Shown here one piece after another: positions 30,343 to 41,778 of a stretch of DNA of 64,000 nt; positions within the stretch are counted from its first letter, which is position 1, and each line of letters opens with the position of its first letter. The position numbers and the translations under genes are program-made. Origin of the DNA: Methanotrichaceae archaeon (GTDB taxonomy: Archaea > Halobacteriota > Methanosarcinia > Methanotrichales > Methanotrichaceae); contig CAVWIG010000023.1 in NCBI GenBank assembly GCA_963754945.1, positions 25,585 through 89,584 of the forward strand, read 5' to 3'. The notes below the pieces were generated by a model that searched no databases, had not been told where the DNA came from, and saw nothing but the letters and a program-made list of their open reading frames with translations.

Positions 30343-31503
30343 ATGTTCAAGCGATTCATGTGGGCAATGGAGGCCCTGGAAGCCCTGTTAGGAATTATTC
30401 AGCCAACCAATGCCCAGGAGCACATTCCCGTACAAGATTCTGTTGGAAGGGTATTATCCGAGGGGATCGTCTCGGCCGTCGATCTTCCAGAGTTCAACCG
30501 CGCGGCCATGGACGGATATGCTGTCAGATCCAGCGACACCAGGAGCGCGAACACCACCAACCCGGTCTATCTCCACCTAGGCGAGAACGTCACGCAGGTT
30601 CGAACCGGCATGGCCGTGCCCGAAAACTTCGATGCCGTTGTCATGCTCGAAGAGACTTTTTTGCGCGGAAACCGAGTGGAGGTCATGGGCGAAGTTCATC
30701 CATTTCGAAACGTCTCTCGGATAGGCGAGGACATCGCCATCGGGGATTTGATCTTCGAAGGGGGACACAGGATTCGACCGCCTGACATCGCCCTGCTGGC
30801 GGCCCTGGGTATAAAAGGGGTTTTTGTGTACGCGCGACCCAAAATTGCCATTCTGCCTACGGGCAGCGAGCTGGTGGCTATAGGCGCGCGGTCGCTCTTA
30901 CCAGGTGAAGCATACGAGATCAACGGGCTCATGGCCCGGCTTTACGTGGAGAAGTGGGGCGGTCTGGCTACGGTGCACGACATAGTCCCTGATGATCCAG
31001 AGCTGATCCGCGCGGCCATAGAATCAAACCTTGACGCAGACATGATAATTCTCATCGGCGGCACGTCCGTTGGAGAGAAAGACTACGCTCCGAAGGTCCT
31101 GGCAGAAATGGGCCAATTGCTGGTTCACGGAGTGAGGATCCAGCCCGGGAAACCAACAGCCTTCGGCTCTGTCCAGGGCAAACCCGTGGTCTGCCTGCCT
31201 GGCTATCCTGTAGCTGCGCTTGCCGACCTTTACCTGTTCGTCAGACCGGCTCTAAAAAAGCTGGCTCACCTTAACGATGCTGTGCCTAAGACCACTGCCA
31301 GGCTTGCTCGCAAGATTGCCTCCAAGACCGGCTATCTGAGCATTGTCAGGGTCAAAATCGATGGCGAAATGGCAATGCCAATCATGACCTCAGGCGCGGG
31401 CATTCTCAGCTCGGTAGCCAGGGCCGATGGCTTTGTGATCGTGCCTGAGGAGCTGGAAGGGATCGAAGCTGGAGAGACGGTTGAAGTCATGATGATTGAA
31501 TAA
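30343..31503 (+). CDS. moeA: Molybdopterin molybdenumtransferase
   Basis: PEFNRAAMDGYAV, TGSEL, GGTSVGEKD, QPGKP, LPGYP. Confidence 0.93.
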   Translation: MFKRFMWAMEALEALLGIIQPTNAQEHIPVQDSVGRVLSEGIVSAVDLPEFNRAAMDGYAVRSSDTRSANTTNPVYLHLGENVTQVRTGMAVPENFDAVVMLEETFLRGNRVEVMGEVHPFRNVSRIGEDIAIGDLIFEGGHRIRPPDIALLAALGIKGVFVYARPKIAILPTGSELVAIGARSLLPGEAYEINGLMARLYVEKWGGLATVHDIVPDDPELIRAAIESNLDADMIILIGGTSVGEKDYAPKVLAEMGQLLVHGVRIQPGKPTAFGSVQGKPVVCLPGYPVAALADLYLFVRPALKKLAHLNDAVPKTTARLARKIASKTGYLSIVRVKIDGEMAMPIMTSGAGILSSVARADGFVIVPEELEGIEAGETVEVMMIE

Positions 31504-31716
31504 TTAAAGTGTCCGGCCTCAACTCAAGGTACATTCCATCTTCCTCAACCTCTCCGGTTTCCTGCTCAATTACTCTGGGAATCCCGAAGGATTGCATATT
31601 GGAAGAGAAAGATTCGTACCGATATTGCCTAAGTCCAACGCCCAAGCGCCGCAGAAAAGATTAAAGGCCTCCTAGAATCCGTTTATGAATCAGGGAGGAC
31701 CTTTGGTTGATCTTCC

Positions 31717-32463
31717 TTAATTGTTCTTGCCTTTTCCTTGATTGCCATGGTCCCCTTGGTCTCCTCCATTGCCTCCATTTCCTCCCGAAGACACGAATGT
31801 CCCATGGTCAAAGCCATTGGAGCCAAAGAATCCGGGGAAGTTGTTGTAATATGGCATCTGATAGTAGGAAGGAAGCAGGTAGTAGTTCACTGGCGGCACA
31901 TAAGTTCCTGTTACATCTATGATCACGGTATTGCTTACCTGACCGTTTATGCCGAAGGAAAGGACGTGACGTCCTATTGTGTCAGCATAGAATGTGAACA
32001 TGCTGTACGGGAAGAAGTAGAAGTTTGAATTGTACATAGATCCGTCCGGGCGTATTTCATTGAGATATCCGTTTCCTCCGGTTGGCGAGACGGCCAGGAG
32101 AGACACCGATGCACCCTGGGGAATCGCAGCGTACTGTGCCCAGTCGGTTGCACCTTGAATCCACAAAGAGTAGACTCCAGTGTTGGCTGGATTTGACATG
32201 TACTGTGGATAAGGTACAGCCTGATTCAGAGTGCTGAAGTAAAGGTAGGACGGCAACTTCCCGGTTATATCAAATTGCGCTGGGGCACTTATATGAGTAC
32301 CAGGAACAGATCCTGGCATCGTATAATACTCTGCGTACTGCGAAGTCGCCCCCACCTGAACCGTGCTCGGACTAGAAGACGTTGCATACTGCCCTTGGGC
32401 CCCGAACGAACTTACAAAAACGATCAGGACCAGCAAGGCCGGGAAAAGTCTGGATAATTTCAT
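31717..32463 (-). CDS. Secreted hypothetical protein (Tyr/Ser/Gly-rich)
   Basis: Signal peptide; FYAD.IGRH.L.F..NGQ.SN.VIIDV C-terminal beta region; Gly/Asn-rich tail. Confidence 0.7.
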   Translation of the reverse strand: MKLSRLFPALLVLIVFVSSFGAQGQYATSSSPSTVQVGATSQYAEYYTMPGSVPGTHISAPAQFDITGKLPSYLYFSTLNQAVPYPQYMSNPANTGVYSLWIQGATDWAQYAAIPQGASVSLLAVSPTGGNGYLNEIRPDGSMYNSNFYFFPYSMFTFYADTIGRHVLSFGINGQVSNTVIIDVTGTYVPPVNYYLLPSYYQMPYYNNFPGFFGSNGFDHGTFVSSGGNGGNGGDQGDHGNQGKGKNN

Positions 32464-32714
32464 AGTTCTATGCTCCTATTGTCGATTATTAGTATTAATA
32501 ATAGGCCTCAAAGGAATAAATAGATTTTGAATTTTTTTGACTGTTTGGGCGCAATTTTTGTCCATTCAATTTTGATGCGGCACAAAAATAACAACAACCT
32601 CCTAAGGTTTTTACCCAATTGTGATACAATCTTATCTTGGCTGAGGAACCAGAGGAATCGAATAACGATAGACTATTTGATTAACGCAACCTAATGAGCC
32701 AAGATCAAATGAGT

Positions 32715-33985
32715 GGCAGTGTAACGATTTTTCTGTACTTTGATAATAAGAATGATTATCGGCCCTGTATCCTATCCAATCTTGAGAAAAGGAGGACACA
32801 GGACCATGATACCCATAGCACTCTTGGAAGATTACCTTATCGATCAGGAAGATGGACTAAAGAAGCTTCTGACCTGGTTCTTGAACCTTGTAATGCAGCT
32901 AGAAGCGGCGCAACAGGCAGATGCAGAACCGTATCAGAGAGTCGAATCCCGAAAGGCACATAGGAATGGCTACAAGGAAAGATCTCTGAAGACGCGAGTT
33001 GGAGAGCTCCGACTCAAGAAACCTCAATTCCGTGAAATTTCCTTCGAAACCAAGGTGTTCGACAGATTTTCGCGCGTAGAGAAGGCTTTGGTCAACGCTG
33101 TACTCGAATCGTATCTCCAGGGGGTTTCAACCAGGAGAATCCAAGATATTGTCTCTCGATTTGGCATCGAGAATTTATCTGCCTCTAGCGTTTCCAGGAT
33201 ATCCAAAGAGCTTGACGAGAAGGTAGAAGAATTCCTGAAGAAACCTATCGAACGTCCTATTCCTTATCTTTATGTAGATGCAAGCTACTTCAAAGTAAGA
33301 ACAGAATCAAGATATGTTACCAAAGCTTTCATGATCGTCACAGGTGTTAGAGATGACGGTTATCGCGAGATACTTGGCGCAAGAATAGCTGACAGTGAAG
33401 ATGAACTCTTCTGGTCGGGATTATTTCAAGATCTGGCGGATCGTGGGTTGTCCGGAGTAAAGCTCGTGATATCAGATGGTCATAAGGGAATCCAGAAAGC
33501 GGTTGAGAAATCATTTCTTGGTGCTTCATGGCAAATGTGTCACGTTCACTTTTCAAGAGCGGTCTTGAGAAACGTTGCCAAGAAGTATCATAAGGAGATC
33601 GCCGATAAGATCAAGATCGCTCGGAAAGACGAAATCAAGATACAGGACTTAGCGAAAGAATTGAGGGAAAGAGGTTATGCGAAATCTGCTGACACTATCG
33701 ACCGCTTCAGATTCAGTCTGTGGAATTACAGGGCATTCCCCAGAGGTCACTGGAGAAGGATTCGGATGACAAACGGGCTGGAGAGGATCAACAAGGAGCT
33801 GAAAAGAAGATCCAGGGTAGTCGGTGCCTTCCCAAGTGAGAGCTCGTTCATGAGGTTAGGGGTTTCGATCCTCATCGATATCAACGAAGAATGGCTGACC
33901 GCTAAAAAGTATTTATCTATGGATGCTGATTGAGTATGTTGGGATACAGGGCAACTCCAAATTACAGAAATCTCGGCACACTACC
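32715..33985 (+). mobile_element. IS256-family element; transposase 32806..33933
   Basis: RNGY.ER.LKTRVG, YLQGVSTR, YVDA, SDGHKG, WQMC.VH, ERINKELKRR; TIRs GGCAGTGT...TTTCTGTA/TACAGAAA...ACACTACC; TSD AAATGAGT at 32707-32714 and 33986-33993. Confidence 0.95.
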
Positions 33986-34165
33986 AAATGAGTTCCATAG
34001 GATAGAATAGATGGATGAATATGATATCTTTAACATTCGTCGCTGACTTTGTTATCTAAAGAAAAAGAACGGTGCCCACTAAATGCCGCTTTACCGATAA
34101 ACAAGTAGACTTGATTAAAATAAGGTATCGTTGATTTAATATACCCAGACGGCCAGGCATAGATC

Positions 34166-35207
34166 ATGTCCAACTGGATCTACCCTGATTTTGAGTTCAA
34201 GCCCAAGAGACCGCTCTTCATGTGCATCATGTCCAACACCGACACAGGCAAGATTCCCGGAATAAGCGCCGCAGGAACAACGCCATATCTCACAGACTAC
34301 ACCCCAGGTGGAGACGCCGAGCTGGTAGAGACGAATAAGATAATTACCATGCCCGAGCTGCCCGAGGCCCCGGGCGGCTCGCCGACGCCCGCCATAGTGA
34401 CAAAGGCAGCCCTCAACCTTTCAGGCATACCTTCCCTATTCGTTGCCAGCGGCCTGCGAGTAAAGCCTGCGGTTCCCTTCATGGAGATGGGAGGATCGCC
34501 AGGGCACGACATCCGGAACGAGAGCGCTGTTGAGGGCGTGGAGGGCATATACCAGAGGGCGGAGCTGGCTGGCAAGAAGCTGGCTAAGCTCTCCGACTGC
34601 GTCTTCATAGGCGAATCTATCGCCGGCGGGACGACCACTGCTCTGGCAGTCCTGAAGGCCCTGGGGTACGATGCAAACGTGAGCAGCAGCTTTGCCACTA
34701 ATCCGGTGGAGCTGAAGCAGAAGGTAGTGGTTGAGGCCATGAAACGCTCCGGGATATCCTTGGGCGGTTTTAAGAACGATCCACTGCGGGGCCGTGGCCG
34801 AGATGGGTGATCCCATGATGCCCTGCGCCCTGGGCCTCATGAAAGGGCTGAAGGGAACAAAGGTGGTCATGAGCGGCGGAACGCAGATGGCAGCGGTCCT
34901 AGCGTTGGCCAAGGCCATGAACATAGAAGGCGACATATCCATAGCCACCACCAAGTACATCGACGATGACAAGAGCGCCAGCTTCCGCAAGATCGTGGAG
35001 GAGACTGGCCGGCCTTACTACTTCTCTGATCCTGGCCTGGAGAGGTCAAAGATTCCACCAGTCCAGATATATGCCCAAGGGTATGTAAAGGAGGGCGTAG
35101 GCATGGGAGGAGCCGTCCTTGCTGCCAGCCTTTACGGCGTCACACAACAGCAGATAGTGGAGGAGGCCGACCGCGTTCTGATGACCGTGGAGCTGCCTAA
35201 GAAGTGA
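34166..35207 (+). CDS. cobT: Archaeal-type nicotinate-nucleotide:benzimidazole phosphoribosyltransferase (one-base frameshift near 34790)
   Basis: IPGISAAG..P....YTP..DAE, GESIAGGTTTA, SSS, GDPM, GGTQM.AV, VKEGVGMGG; the two ORFs join at a G-run. Confidence 0.85.
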
Positions 35208-35225
35208 AGGAAAGTTCCCATTTTT

Positions 35226-36269
35226 TTGCTTGATATGAAAGCAGCTGTTTTGAAGGCCCCGGGCATTCTTGAGCTAGAGGACCTCCCCGACCCGGAATGC
35301 CCGAAGGGTGGTGCCCTAATCGAGGTTAAGGCCTGCTCCGTTTGCGGAACGGATGTCAAGATGCTCCAGAAAGGCCACAAGGACCTCGTTTATCCCCGGG
35401 TTCTGGGCCACGAGATCGTCGGCGAGATCGCTGAGATCGACCAAGAGTGCAACATAGTTGAGGGAGACTTAGTCCAGGTCTGGCCCGGGATCGCCTGTGG
35501 CATATGCAGGCCCTGTCTTCGAGGAAATGACAACCAGTGCGAGAGAATGAAGATCCTCGGCTTCAATCGGGATGGCGGTTTTGCCGAGCTTGTCGCCCTG
35601 CCAAAAGAGTGCATTTCCAGAGGCATGAACTTGATCGACCGCCGTGCGATCAACCTTGACGTCATCTCCCTTGCCGAACCGTTAGCTTGCTGCTTAAACG
35701 GCCAGGAGTTGACGGCGATCTCGGAAGGCGATGTCGTTCTCATAATCGGCGGCGGACCCATCGGATGTCTTCATGCCGTCCTGGCAGAGCTGCGTGGTAC
35801 AGAAAAGATAATAGTAGCCGAGAAGCTGGAAAACAGGATCGGTAAAATCAAGAGACACACAGCTTGCAGAGTATTGGATGTCTTTCTGCCATTGCAAGAA
35901 GCCGTCTTCGAGGAAACCCACGGAAAAGGCGTAGACGTGATCCTGATGGCTACGCCAGAGGTCGGGATCGATAACTCTCTGTTAAAGCTGCTGGCTCCCG
36001 GAGGAAGAATATGCATCTTTTCAGGTCCCAGATCAGGAGACTATGAAAGGACGATAGACATCAGGTCTATGCACTACAGGGAGTTGACGATTGTTGGAGC
36101 CTACGGATGCTCCAGTCGCCAGAACAAGCAGGCTGCACAGCTGCTTGCCTCAGGCGCTTTAGACGTCGACTGGATCATAACAAAGAGGACTAACCTTGAG
36201 AATATCGGGGAAGCATTGGACCATTCTTCAGAGAGAAGAGGACTGAAAGCTGTAATTAATGGGGTTTAG
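35226..36269 (+). CDS. Zn-dependent medium-chain dehydrogenase (threonine/sorbitol dehydrogenase-like)
   Basis: VCGTD, LGHE, CGICRPC...C structural Zn site, GGGPIG. Confidence 0.9.
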   Translation: MLDMKAAVLKAPGILELEDLPDPECPKGGALIEVKACSVCGTDVKMLQKGHKDLVYPRVLGHEIVGEIAEIDQECNIVEGDLVQVWPGIACGICRPCLRGNDNQCERMKILGFNRDGGFAELVALPKECISRGMNLIDRRAINLDVISLAEPLACCLNGQELTAISEGDVVLIIGGGPIGCLHAVLAELRGTEKIIVAEKLENRIGKIKRHTACRVLDVFLPLQEAVFEETHGKGVDVILMATPEVGIDNSLLKLLAPGGRICIFSGPRSGDYERTIDIRSMHYRELTIVGAYGCSSRQNKQAAQLLASGALDVDWIITKRTNLENIGEALDHSSERRGLKAVINGV

Positions 36270-37406
36270 GTGTTTTCTATGGAATCTATGGAAGAAAAGA
36301 TGATGTATTTCGGAAATAAGGTGGATTCGTTGATAAAGGGCCTGAACCTTGACAGGTCGGAAGCCAGGGAGTTGTTTTGCCAGATTCTTCTGAATGTTCA
36401 GCCCGACCTTCAGCAGGGGGCATTCCTGGCGGCAATTACAGCCAAGGGCGCCACCCCTGAGGAGATCGCTGGAATATGGGAGGCGATTTACGAAATAGAT
36501 ACAGTCAAAGTCTGCCCGGAAGTCGACGGTCCACTTGTGGAAAATTGCGGAACGGGGATGGACGCCATCAAGACCTTCAACATCAGCACTGCCGCATCGA
36601 TAGTGGCCGCATCCGACGGCATAATAATGGCCAAGCATGGGGCCAGAGCTATAACATCGAAGTGTGGGGCAGTGGACATCCTGGAGGAGCTGGGCGTCGA
36701 CGTGGAGTGCGATGTCGCCCTGGTAAAGAAGAGCATCGAACACGCTGGCATCGGCATCTTCAACGGCATGAGCGGCAAAGTTCACCCTCAGGCCCTTTAC
36801 AGGATTTTGTCTCAGATCAGATTTGGGACTATCCTCAACATCGCTGGGTCCCTGGCAAATCCGGCCCTGCCTACGCTCGGCGTACGGGGCGTCTATTCCA
36901 GAGAGATGGTGTTGCCCATAGCCAGGGCAATGAGAGAGATCGGCTACCGCAGGGCCTTTGTGGTCCACGGGCTCTGTGCCGACGGGACAAGGGGCATGGA
37001 CGAGATATCTACCCTGGGAGAAACCATAGCTGCCGAGCTGAACGATGACGGTGAGATAAACGAGTTCACCATCTCCGCCAGAGAGATGGGCATCGAAAAA
37101 GGTGATGAGACGTCGATTCTCCACCAGGCAGACAGGAAGAGGGAAGCCGTGAGGCTTCTAAGGATACTGTCCGGCGACGAAGTCGGCCCCAGGAGAGAGA
37201 TCGTCTGCCTGAACGCAGCCCCAATCCTCTACATCGCAGGCCATGCCTCTGACATGCTGGATGCCACAGAGAAGGCCGCTGAGATCATAGACAGCGGAAA
37301 GCCCATTGATAAGCTGAAAGCATGGGTATCGGAACAAAACGCGAATCCGGGAGAGCGACTTGAACACCTTGAAGAAATGCTCGATCTGGCCTCCACCGAA
37401 TCGTGA
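36270..37406 (+). CDS. Anthranilate phosphoribosyltransferase-like protein (divergent TrpD homolog)
   Basis: CGTGMD..KTFNIST, KHG.R, GMDEIS motifs retained; acceptor-site residues substituted; no trp genes nearby. Confidence 0.85.
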   Translation: MFSMESMEEKMMYFGNKVDSLIKGLNLDRSEARELFCQILLNVQPDLQQGAFLAAITAKGATPEEIAGIWEAIYEIDTVKVCPEVDGPLVENCGTGMDAIKTFNISTAASIVAASDGIIMAKHGARAITSKCGAVDILEELGVDVECDVALVKKSIEHAGIGIFNGMSGKVHPQALYRILSQIRFGTILNIAGSLANPALPTLGVRGVYSREMVLPIARAMREIGYRRAFVVHGLCADGTRGMDEISTLGETIAAELNDDGEINEFTISAREMGIEKGDETSILHQADRKREAVRLLRILSGDEVGPRREIVCLNAAPILYIAGHASDMLDATEKAAEIIDSGKPIDKLKAWVSEQNANPGERLEHLEEMLDLASTES

Positions 37407-37667
37407 CTTTCTTTTCGACATCTTTTTTTTAAAAAAATTTTAATATTATTAAATATTAATGTTCGGCTGAATAAGTCATTCGACAACGTTCAATTGGACA
37501 AGTCGTTCTAGAAAATTTAATCCTAACGAAGGCGAATTTTCTAGTAGTGCTCACCAAATTCGTGCTGAGTTAGTTGTGTCCGAGATGTTGCTGGGCGCAA
37601 AATTTACTTAATCGTCTGCAGTACAACAAGAACAAGCAAGGGAAATATCCGTAATCGTAGCTAAGAT

Positions 37668-38963
37668 ATGAGATTTTACATAGAAACCTACGGGTGCACA
37701 TCAAACATGGGGAACTCGATGGATGCAGCTTCTGCCCTGATCAGCCTTGGGCACCGGCCATCCAATATCGAAGAAGCCGACATAATAATAGTGAACACCT
37801 GCGCAGTTACCCAGAAGACCGAAAATAAGATCGTCAAACGCCTGCACCAGCTTCCCCCGGATCGTCTGATCATTTCGGGTTGTCTTTCTACTGCCATCCC
37901 AGGGTCAACGGAACAAATACCATGCCGCAAAGTAATGGGCCGGCTGAACAGATCCTCGGCCTTGGAGATGGTTCGTTCATTAGGCGACGAGTTATCAGGC
38001 CATCCTGCTTCGAACAACCCTTATAATTTGATTGCTGATAAAAAGGCCGTTCATGACGTTATCGCCCCTGAACACCTCTGCGCCATTATAAACATCGCCG
38101 AGGGCTGCCGGGGCAGATGCAGCTACTGCATCGTTCGAAGGGCCAGGGGAAAGCTGGTCAGCCGCAGTCCGAAGGATGTTGTCGAGCAAGCTCGGTCTAT
38201 GGTCGATTCTGGAGCTGTCGAGCTGCAGCTTGCAGCGCAGGATACCGCCGCCTATGGACTGGACATCGGCTCCAGCCTTCCCGACCTTCTGAACAGGATT
38301 GTCGAGATTCCCGGTAGGTTCATGGTAAGGGTGGGGATGATGAACCCGGACACAGCAAAGCCTATCATGAACGAACTGATCGAGGCCTTAAGAAGCCCAA
38401 AAATCTACAAGTTTCTCCACATTCCAACCCAGTCTGGTTCCGATGAAGTCTTGAAGAGAATGTGCCGCGGGTACACGTCTGCGGATTACATCGATATACT
38501 TCGCCTGCTTAAAGATAAGCTGCCGGACTTCAGCTTCGCGACGGACGTCATTTCTGGCTTCCCGGGAGAGACCGAGGAGGACTTCGGCATGACCATGAGG
38601 TTATTGGAGCAGACTAGGCCGGACAAGGTCAACATAACCAGGTACTCAAGGAGACCTCAAACTCCAGCTGCCGATCTTTACGACATGCCTGATCGCATCA
38701 AAAAAGATCGGTCCAGAAAACTCACCAAGCTCTGGTTGGACATTGCCGGGAAGAATAATGAACGTTGCCTGGGGCGTGCGTTACAGGTCGTTGTCACTGA
38801 AAGAGGAAGGGGCAGGACTATGAAGGCCAGGACAGAGAACTACACCGGTGTGGTAATAAAAGGTGTACCACCCCTGGGAAGCCAACAGACTGTGAGAATC
38901 GTAAGTTCTGGGCCGTACTATCTAACGGGCAGTATAGAATCCCTGGCAGCCGAACTGTTTTAG
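37668..38963 (+). CDS. mtaB: tRNA t6A methylthiotransferase (archaeal MtaB/MiaB-like)
   Basis: ETYGC..N, NTCAV, GCRGRCSYC, RVGMMNP, GFPGET, C-terminal TRAM. Confidence 0.9.
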   Translation: MRFYIETYGCTSNMGNSMDAASALISLGHRPSNIEEADIIIVNTCAVTQKTENKIVKRLHQLPPDRLIISGCLSTAIPGSTEQIPCRKVMGRLNRSSALEMVRSLGDELSGHPASNNPYNLIADKKAVHDVIAPEHLCAIINIAEGCRGRCSYCIVRRARGKLVSRSPKDVVEQARSMVDSGAVELQLAAQDTAAYGLDIGSSLPDLLNRIVEIPGRFMVRVGMMNPDTAKPIMNELIEALRSPKIYKFLHIPTQSGSDEVLKRMCRGYTSADYIDILRLLKDKLPDFSFATDVISGFPGETEEDFGMTMRLLEQTRPDKVNITRYSRRPQTPAADLYDMPDRIKKDRSRKLTKLWLDIAGKNNERCLGRALQVVVTERGRGRTMKARTENYTGVVIKGVPPLGSQQTVRIVSSGPYYLTGSIESLAAELF

Positions 38964-39233
38964 GCTATCGGCGCGACTCTGTTCGCCATCCTCTGCCAGC
39001 CATCAATTTGCTTATTAATAGTGAAAATAATTAATCATGTATTTATCTGTACTAATGCTCAATGACCACGACTGCTGAGAATCACGGCCAGGTTGAGCTG
39101 TGAAGAGAACCAGAAGGTATTGTGATAGAATAAGAGATGAGAACAAGACAGATAGTGAATGGAAGGCTTATTCACTGATTAGTTATTATCAATTATTATA
39201 ATAATTTATAATTATTAAATTCGTTCTCGATAA

Positions 39234-39425
39234 CTATTTAAACGAAAAATCAAGATAATGATCGTTCATCACAGTGTTTCCGTGAGCCTCCTGAGATCGA
39301 TGCATTGCGATCTCAGCTGAGAGTTTTGAGGGGCGGGCCCAAAGGAGAACTATTTAGAGGTGCCAACTGCCTGGCCCTTCCAGAGGAAGTCTGGAAACAC
39401 GTGGGGATTTAAAGGAGGATTTAAA
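39234..39425 (+). promoter_or_regulatory. acs-1 promoter and long structured 5' leader
   Basis: TATTTAAA box at about 39235; stems GTGTTTCC/GGAAACAC and CTGAGATCG/CGATCTCAG; AAAGGAGG Shine-Dalgarno. Confidence 0.6.
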
Positions 39426-41417
39426 TTGGCTGAGCAAAAAGCAACGGCAAAGACTTCAGTACTATATGAGGAGACGAGAGTATTTGAGCCCTCAAAGGAG
39501 CTCGCCGAGAATTCTAATGTAATGAAGTGGATGAAGGAAAAGGGTTTCAAGACCGAAAGGGAGATGCGCCTGTGGTGCTCTGCCAACTACATCCAGTTCT
39601 GGGGCGAAATGGGCAAGACCTATGCAGATTGGTTCGAGCCCTGGGCCCAAACCTTGGAGTGGAAGCCGCCCTATGCCCGCTGGTTCCTAGGTGGCAAGTG
39701 CAACGTGGCCTATAACGCCGTGGATAGGCATGCCAAGGGCGCGAAAAAGGACAAGGTAGCGTATGTCTTCGTGCCGGAACCAACAGACCAGCCCACTCAG
39801 AAGATCACTTATGGACAGCTCTATAAGGAGGTCAACAAGTTCGCCAACGGCCTCAAGAGCCTGGGCATCGGGAAGGGAGACAGAGTCATGTTGTACATGC
39901 CCATGATCCCCCAACTGCCCATAGCAATGCTCGCCATCGCCAAGATCGGAGCTATTCACTGCATTGTGTTCTCAGGATTTTCCGCCGGCGGCCTTAACAG
40001 CAGGATCCTAGACGCCGAGGCCAAAGCAGTGGTAACCACGGATGGTTTGTACAGGCGTGGCAAGCCTATCCCCCTCAAGCCCAATGTGGACGAGGCCACA
40101 GCCAATACTCCGACGGTTAAGAACGTAATAGTGGTCAAGAGGACAGGTATTGAAGTCCCTATGAAGCAGGGCAGAGATATCTATTGGCAAGACCTAGTGG
40201 CCAAGCAATCTGAGGAGTGCGAGACTGAGAAGATGGACTCCGAGGACAGGCTGTTCATCCTATACACCTCCGGAACTACAGGCAAGCCCAAGGGCATCGA
40301 GCATGTCCATGGTGGATACTGCGTCGCTCCGGCTCAGACTTTGCACTGGGTCTTTGACCTCAAGGAAGATGATGTGTGGTGGTGCACAGCAGATATCGGA
40401 TGGATCACCGGCCACAGCTACATAGTCTATGGGCCGCTCGTACTGGGTGCCACATCAATGATGTACGAGGGTGCTCCAGACTTCCCAGACTTCGGCAGAT
40501 GGTTCAAGATAATCCAGGACAATAAGGTGTCAGTGCTCTACACAGCACCTACGGCTGTGCGGATGTTCATGAAAGCTGGAGACCAGTGGGCCAAACCGTA
40601 CAACATTTCCAGCCTGAGGCTGCTCGGATCTGTCGGTGAGCCCATCAACCCAGAGGCCTGGATATGGTATAGAAACACCTTCGGTAGAGGCAAGCTGCAG
40701 ATCATGGATACCTGGTGGCAGACTGAAACCGGCACATTCCTGGTCTCACCCCTGCCAATCACGCCACTCAAGCCAGGATCGTGTTGTTTCCCGTTGCCAG
40801 GATTCAACATCGATATCTTGGACGAGGATGCTAACCCTGTTGCGCCAGGCACTGGAGGCAATATAGTCAGCAATACACCCTGGCCGTCCATGCTCAGGGC
40901 CTTCTACAAAGACACCGTGAGGTACCAGAAGGAATACTGGTCCACCTACTGGGAGATCAGGCCTGGCACATACCTGGCGGGCGACAAAGCCACCAAGGAT
41001 AAGGATGGATACTTCTTCATCCAGGGCAGGATTGACGATGTCCTAAAGATTGCTGGACACAGGATCTCCAACGCTGAGGTCGAATCCGCTCTGGTGTCCC
41101 ATCCCAAGGTCGCTGAAGCTGCGGTCATCGGCAAGCCTGACGAGGTCAAGGGCGAGGTCATCGTGGCCTTCGTCATCCTCAGAACAGGAAACGTGGAGAG
41201 CGAGGAACTGAAGAAGGAGCTGGCCAAGCACGTCCGAACTGTGCTGGGACCAGTAGCTTATCCAGAGGCCGTTTTCTTCGTCAAGGACGTTCCCAAGACC
41301 AGGTCCGGCAAGATCATGCGCCGGGTCATCAAGGCCAAGGCCCTGGGCAACCCCACTGGCGACCTATCGGCCCTGGCTAACCCCGATGCAGTCGAGGCCA
41401 TCCCGCTCATCAAGTGA
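39426..41417 (+). CDS. acs: AMP-forming acetyl-CoA synthetase 1
   Basis: [37 protein letters not shown]; TTG start. Confidence 0.97.
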   Translation: MAEQKATAKTSVLYEETRVFEPSKELAENSNVMKWMKEKGFKTEREMRLWCSANYIQFWGEMGKTYADWFEPWAQTLEWKPPYARWFLGGKCNVAYNAVDRHAKGAKKDKVAYVFVPEPTDQPTQKITYGQLYKEVNKFANGLKSLGIGKGDRVMLYMPMIPQLPIAMLAIAKIGAIHCIVFSGFSAGGLNSRILDAEAKAVVTTDGLYRRGKPIPLKPNVDEATANTPTVKNVIVVKRTGIEVPMKQGRDIYWQDLVAKQSEECETEKMDSEDRLFILYTSGTTGKPKGIEHVHGGYCVAPAQTLHWVFDLKEDDVWWCTADIGWITGHSYIVYGPLVLGATSMMYEGAPDFPDFGRWFKIIQDNKVSVLYTAPTAVRMFMKAGDQWAKPYNISSLRLLGSVGEPINPEAWIWYRNTFGRGKLQIMDTWWQTETGTFLVSPLPITPLKPGSCCFPLPGFNIDILDEDANPVAPGTGGNIVSNTPWPSMLRAFYKDTVRYQKEYWSTYWEIRPGTYLAGDKATKDKDGYFFIQGRIDDVLKIAGHRISNAEVESALVSHPKVAEAAVIGKPDEVKGEVIVAFVILRTGNVESEELKKELAKHVRTVLGPVAYPEAVFFVKDVPKTRSGKIMRRVIKAKALGNPTGDLSALANPDAVEAIPLIK

Positions 41418-41435
41418 GCGGGCCAATCCTTTTTT
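41402..41435 (+). terminator. Hairpin over the stop codon plus T-tract
   Basis: CCCGCTCA-TCAAG-TGAGCGGG then TTTTTT; the same hairpin is at the end of acs-2. Confidence 0.6.
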
Positions 41436-41592
41436 GTTTCTTTTTCATTGCACGGTTCTTCGAAATCCTCAAGCTCATACATTTGACAGCAGTTATAACG
41501 CGCTCATCAACACGCTATGAAAGTTTAGAAAATTGGATTTAATAGTTATAAATAATGATAATTATCTATAATTTGTAAAGATCTCTTCGACA

Positions 41593-41778
41593 GATTTATA
41601 AACGAAAAACCAGGATAATGATCGATCGCTAAAAATGTCTTCCTGAGCCTCTTGCGTTTAGCGCAATGCGATCTAGAGCGAGGCACTGGAAGGTCGGACG
41701 AAAAGAGACATCCTATTGGCACGAGTTGTCCTTTTTGAGGGAGTCCGAAAACAAGTACCGGTTAAAGGAGGTTAAAAA
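41593..41778 (+). promoter_or_regulatory. acs-2 promoter and structured 5' leader
   Basis: TTTATAAACGAAAAA..A.GATAATGATCG shared with acs-1; stems CTTCC/GGAAG, GCCTC/GAGGC, TCGGAC/GTCCGA. Confidence 0.6.

Noticed and set aside
34780-34800. cobT split as programmed frameshifting or a true pseudogene
   Set aside because: One extra G in a G-run. Similar single-base indels occur in dph2, DUF1614, the HEAT gene, acs-4 and both IS5 copies, which points to uncorrected long-read errors.
36228-37124. 298-aa antisense ORF and other long shadow ORFs opposite acs, ppsA and aroA
   Set aside because: They lie antisense to GC3-rich genes and show no motifs; this is an expected codon-bias artefact.
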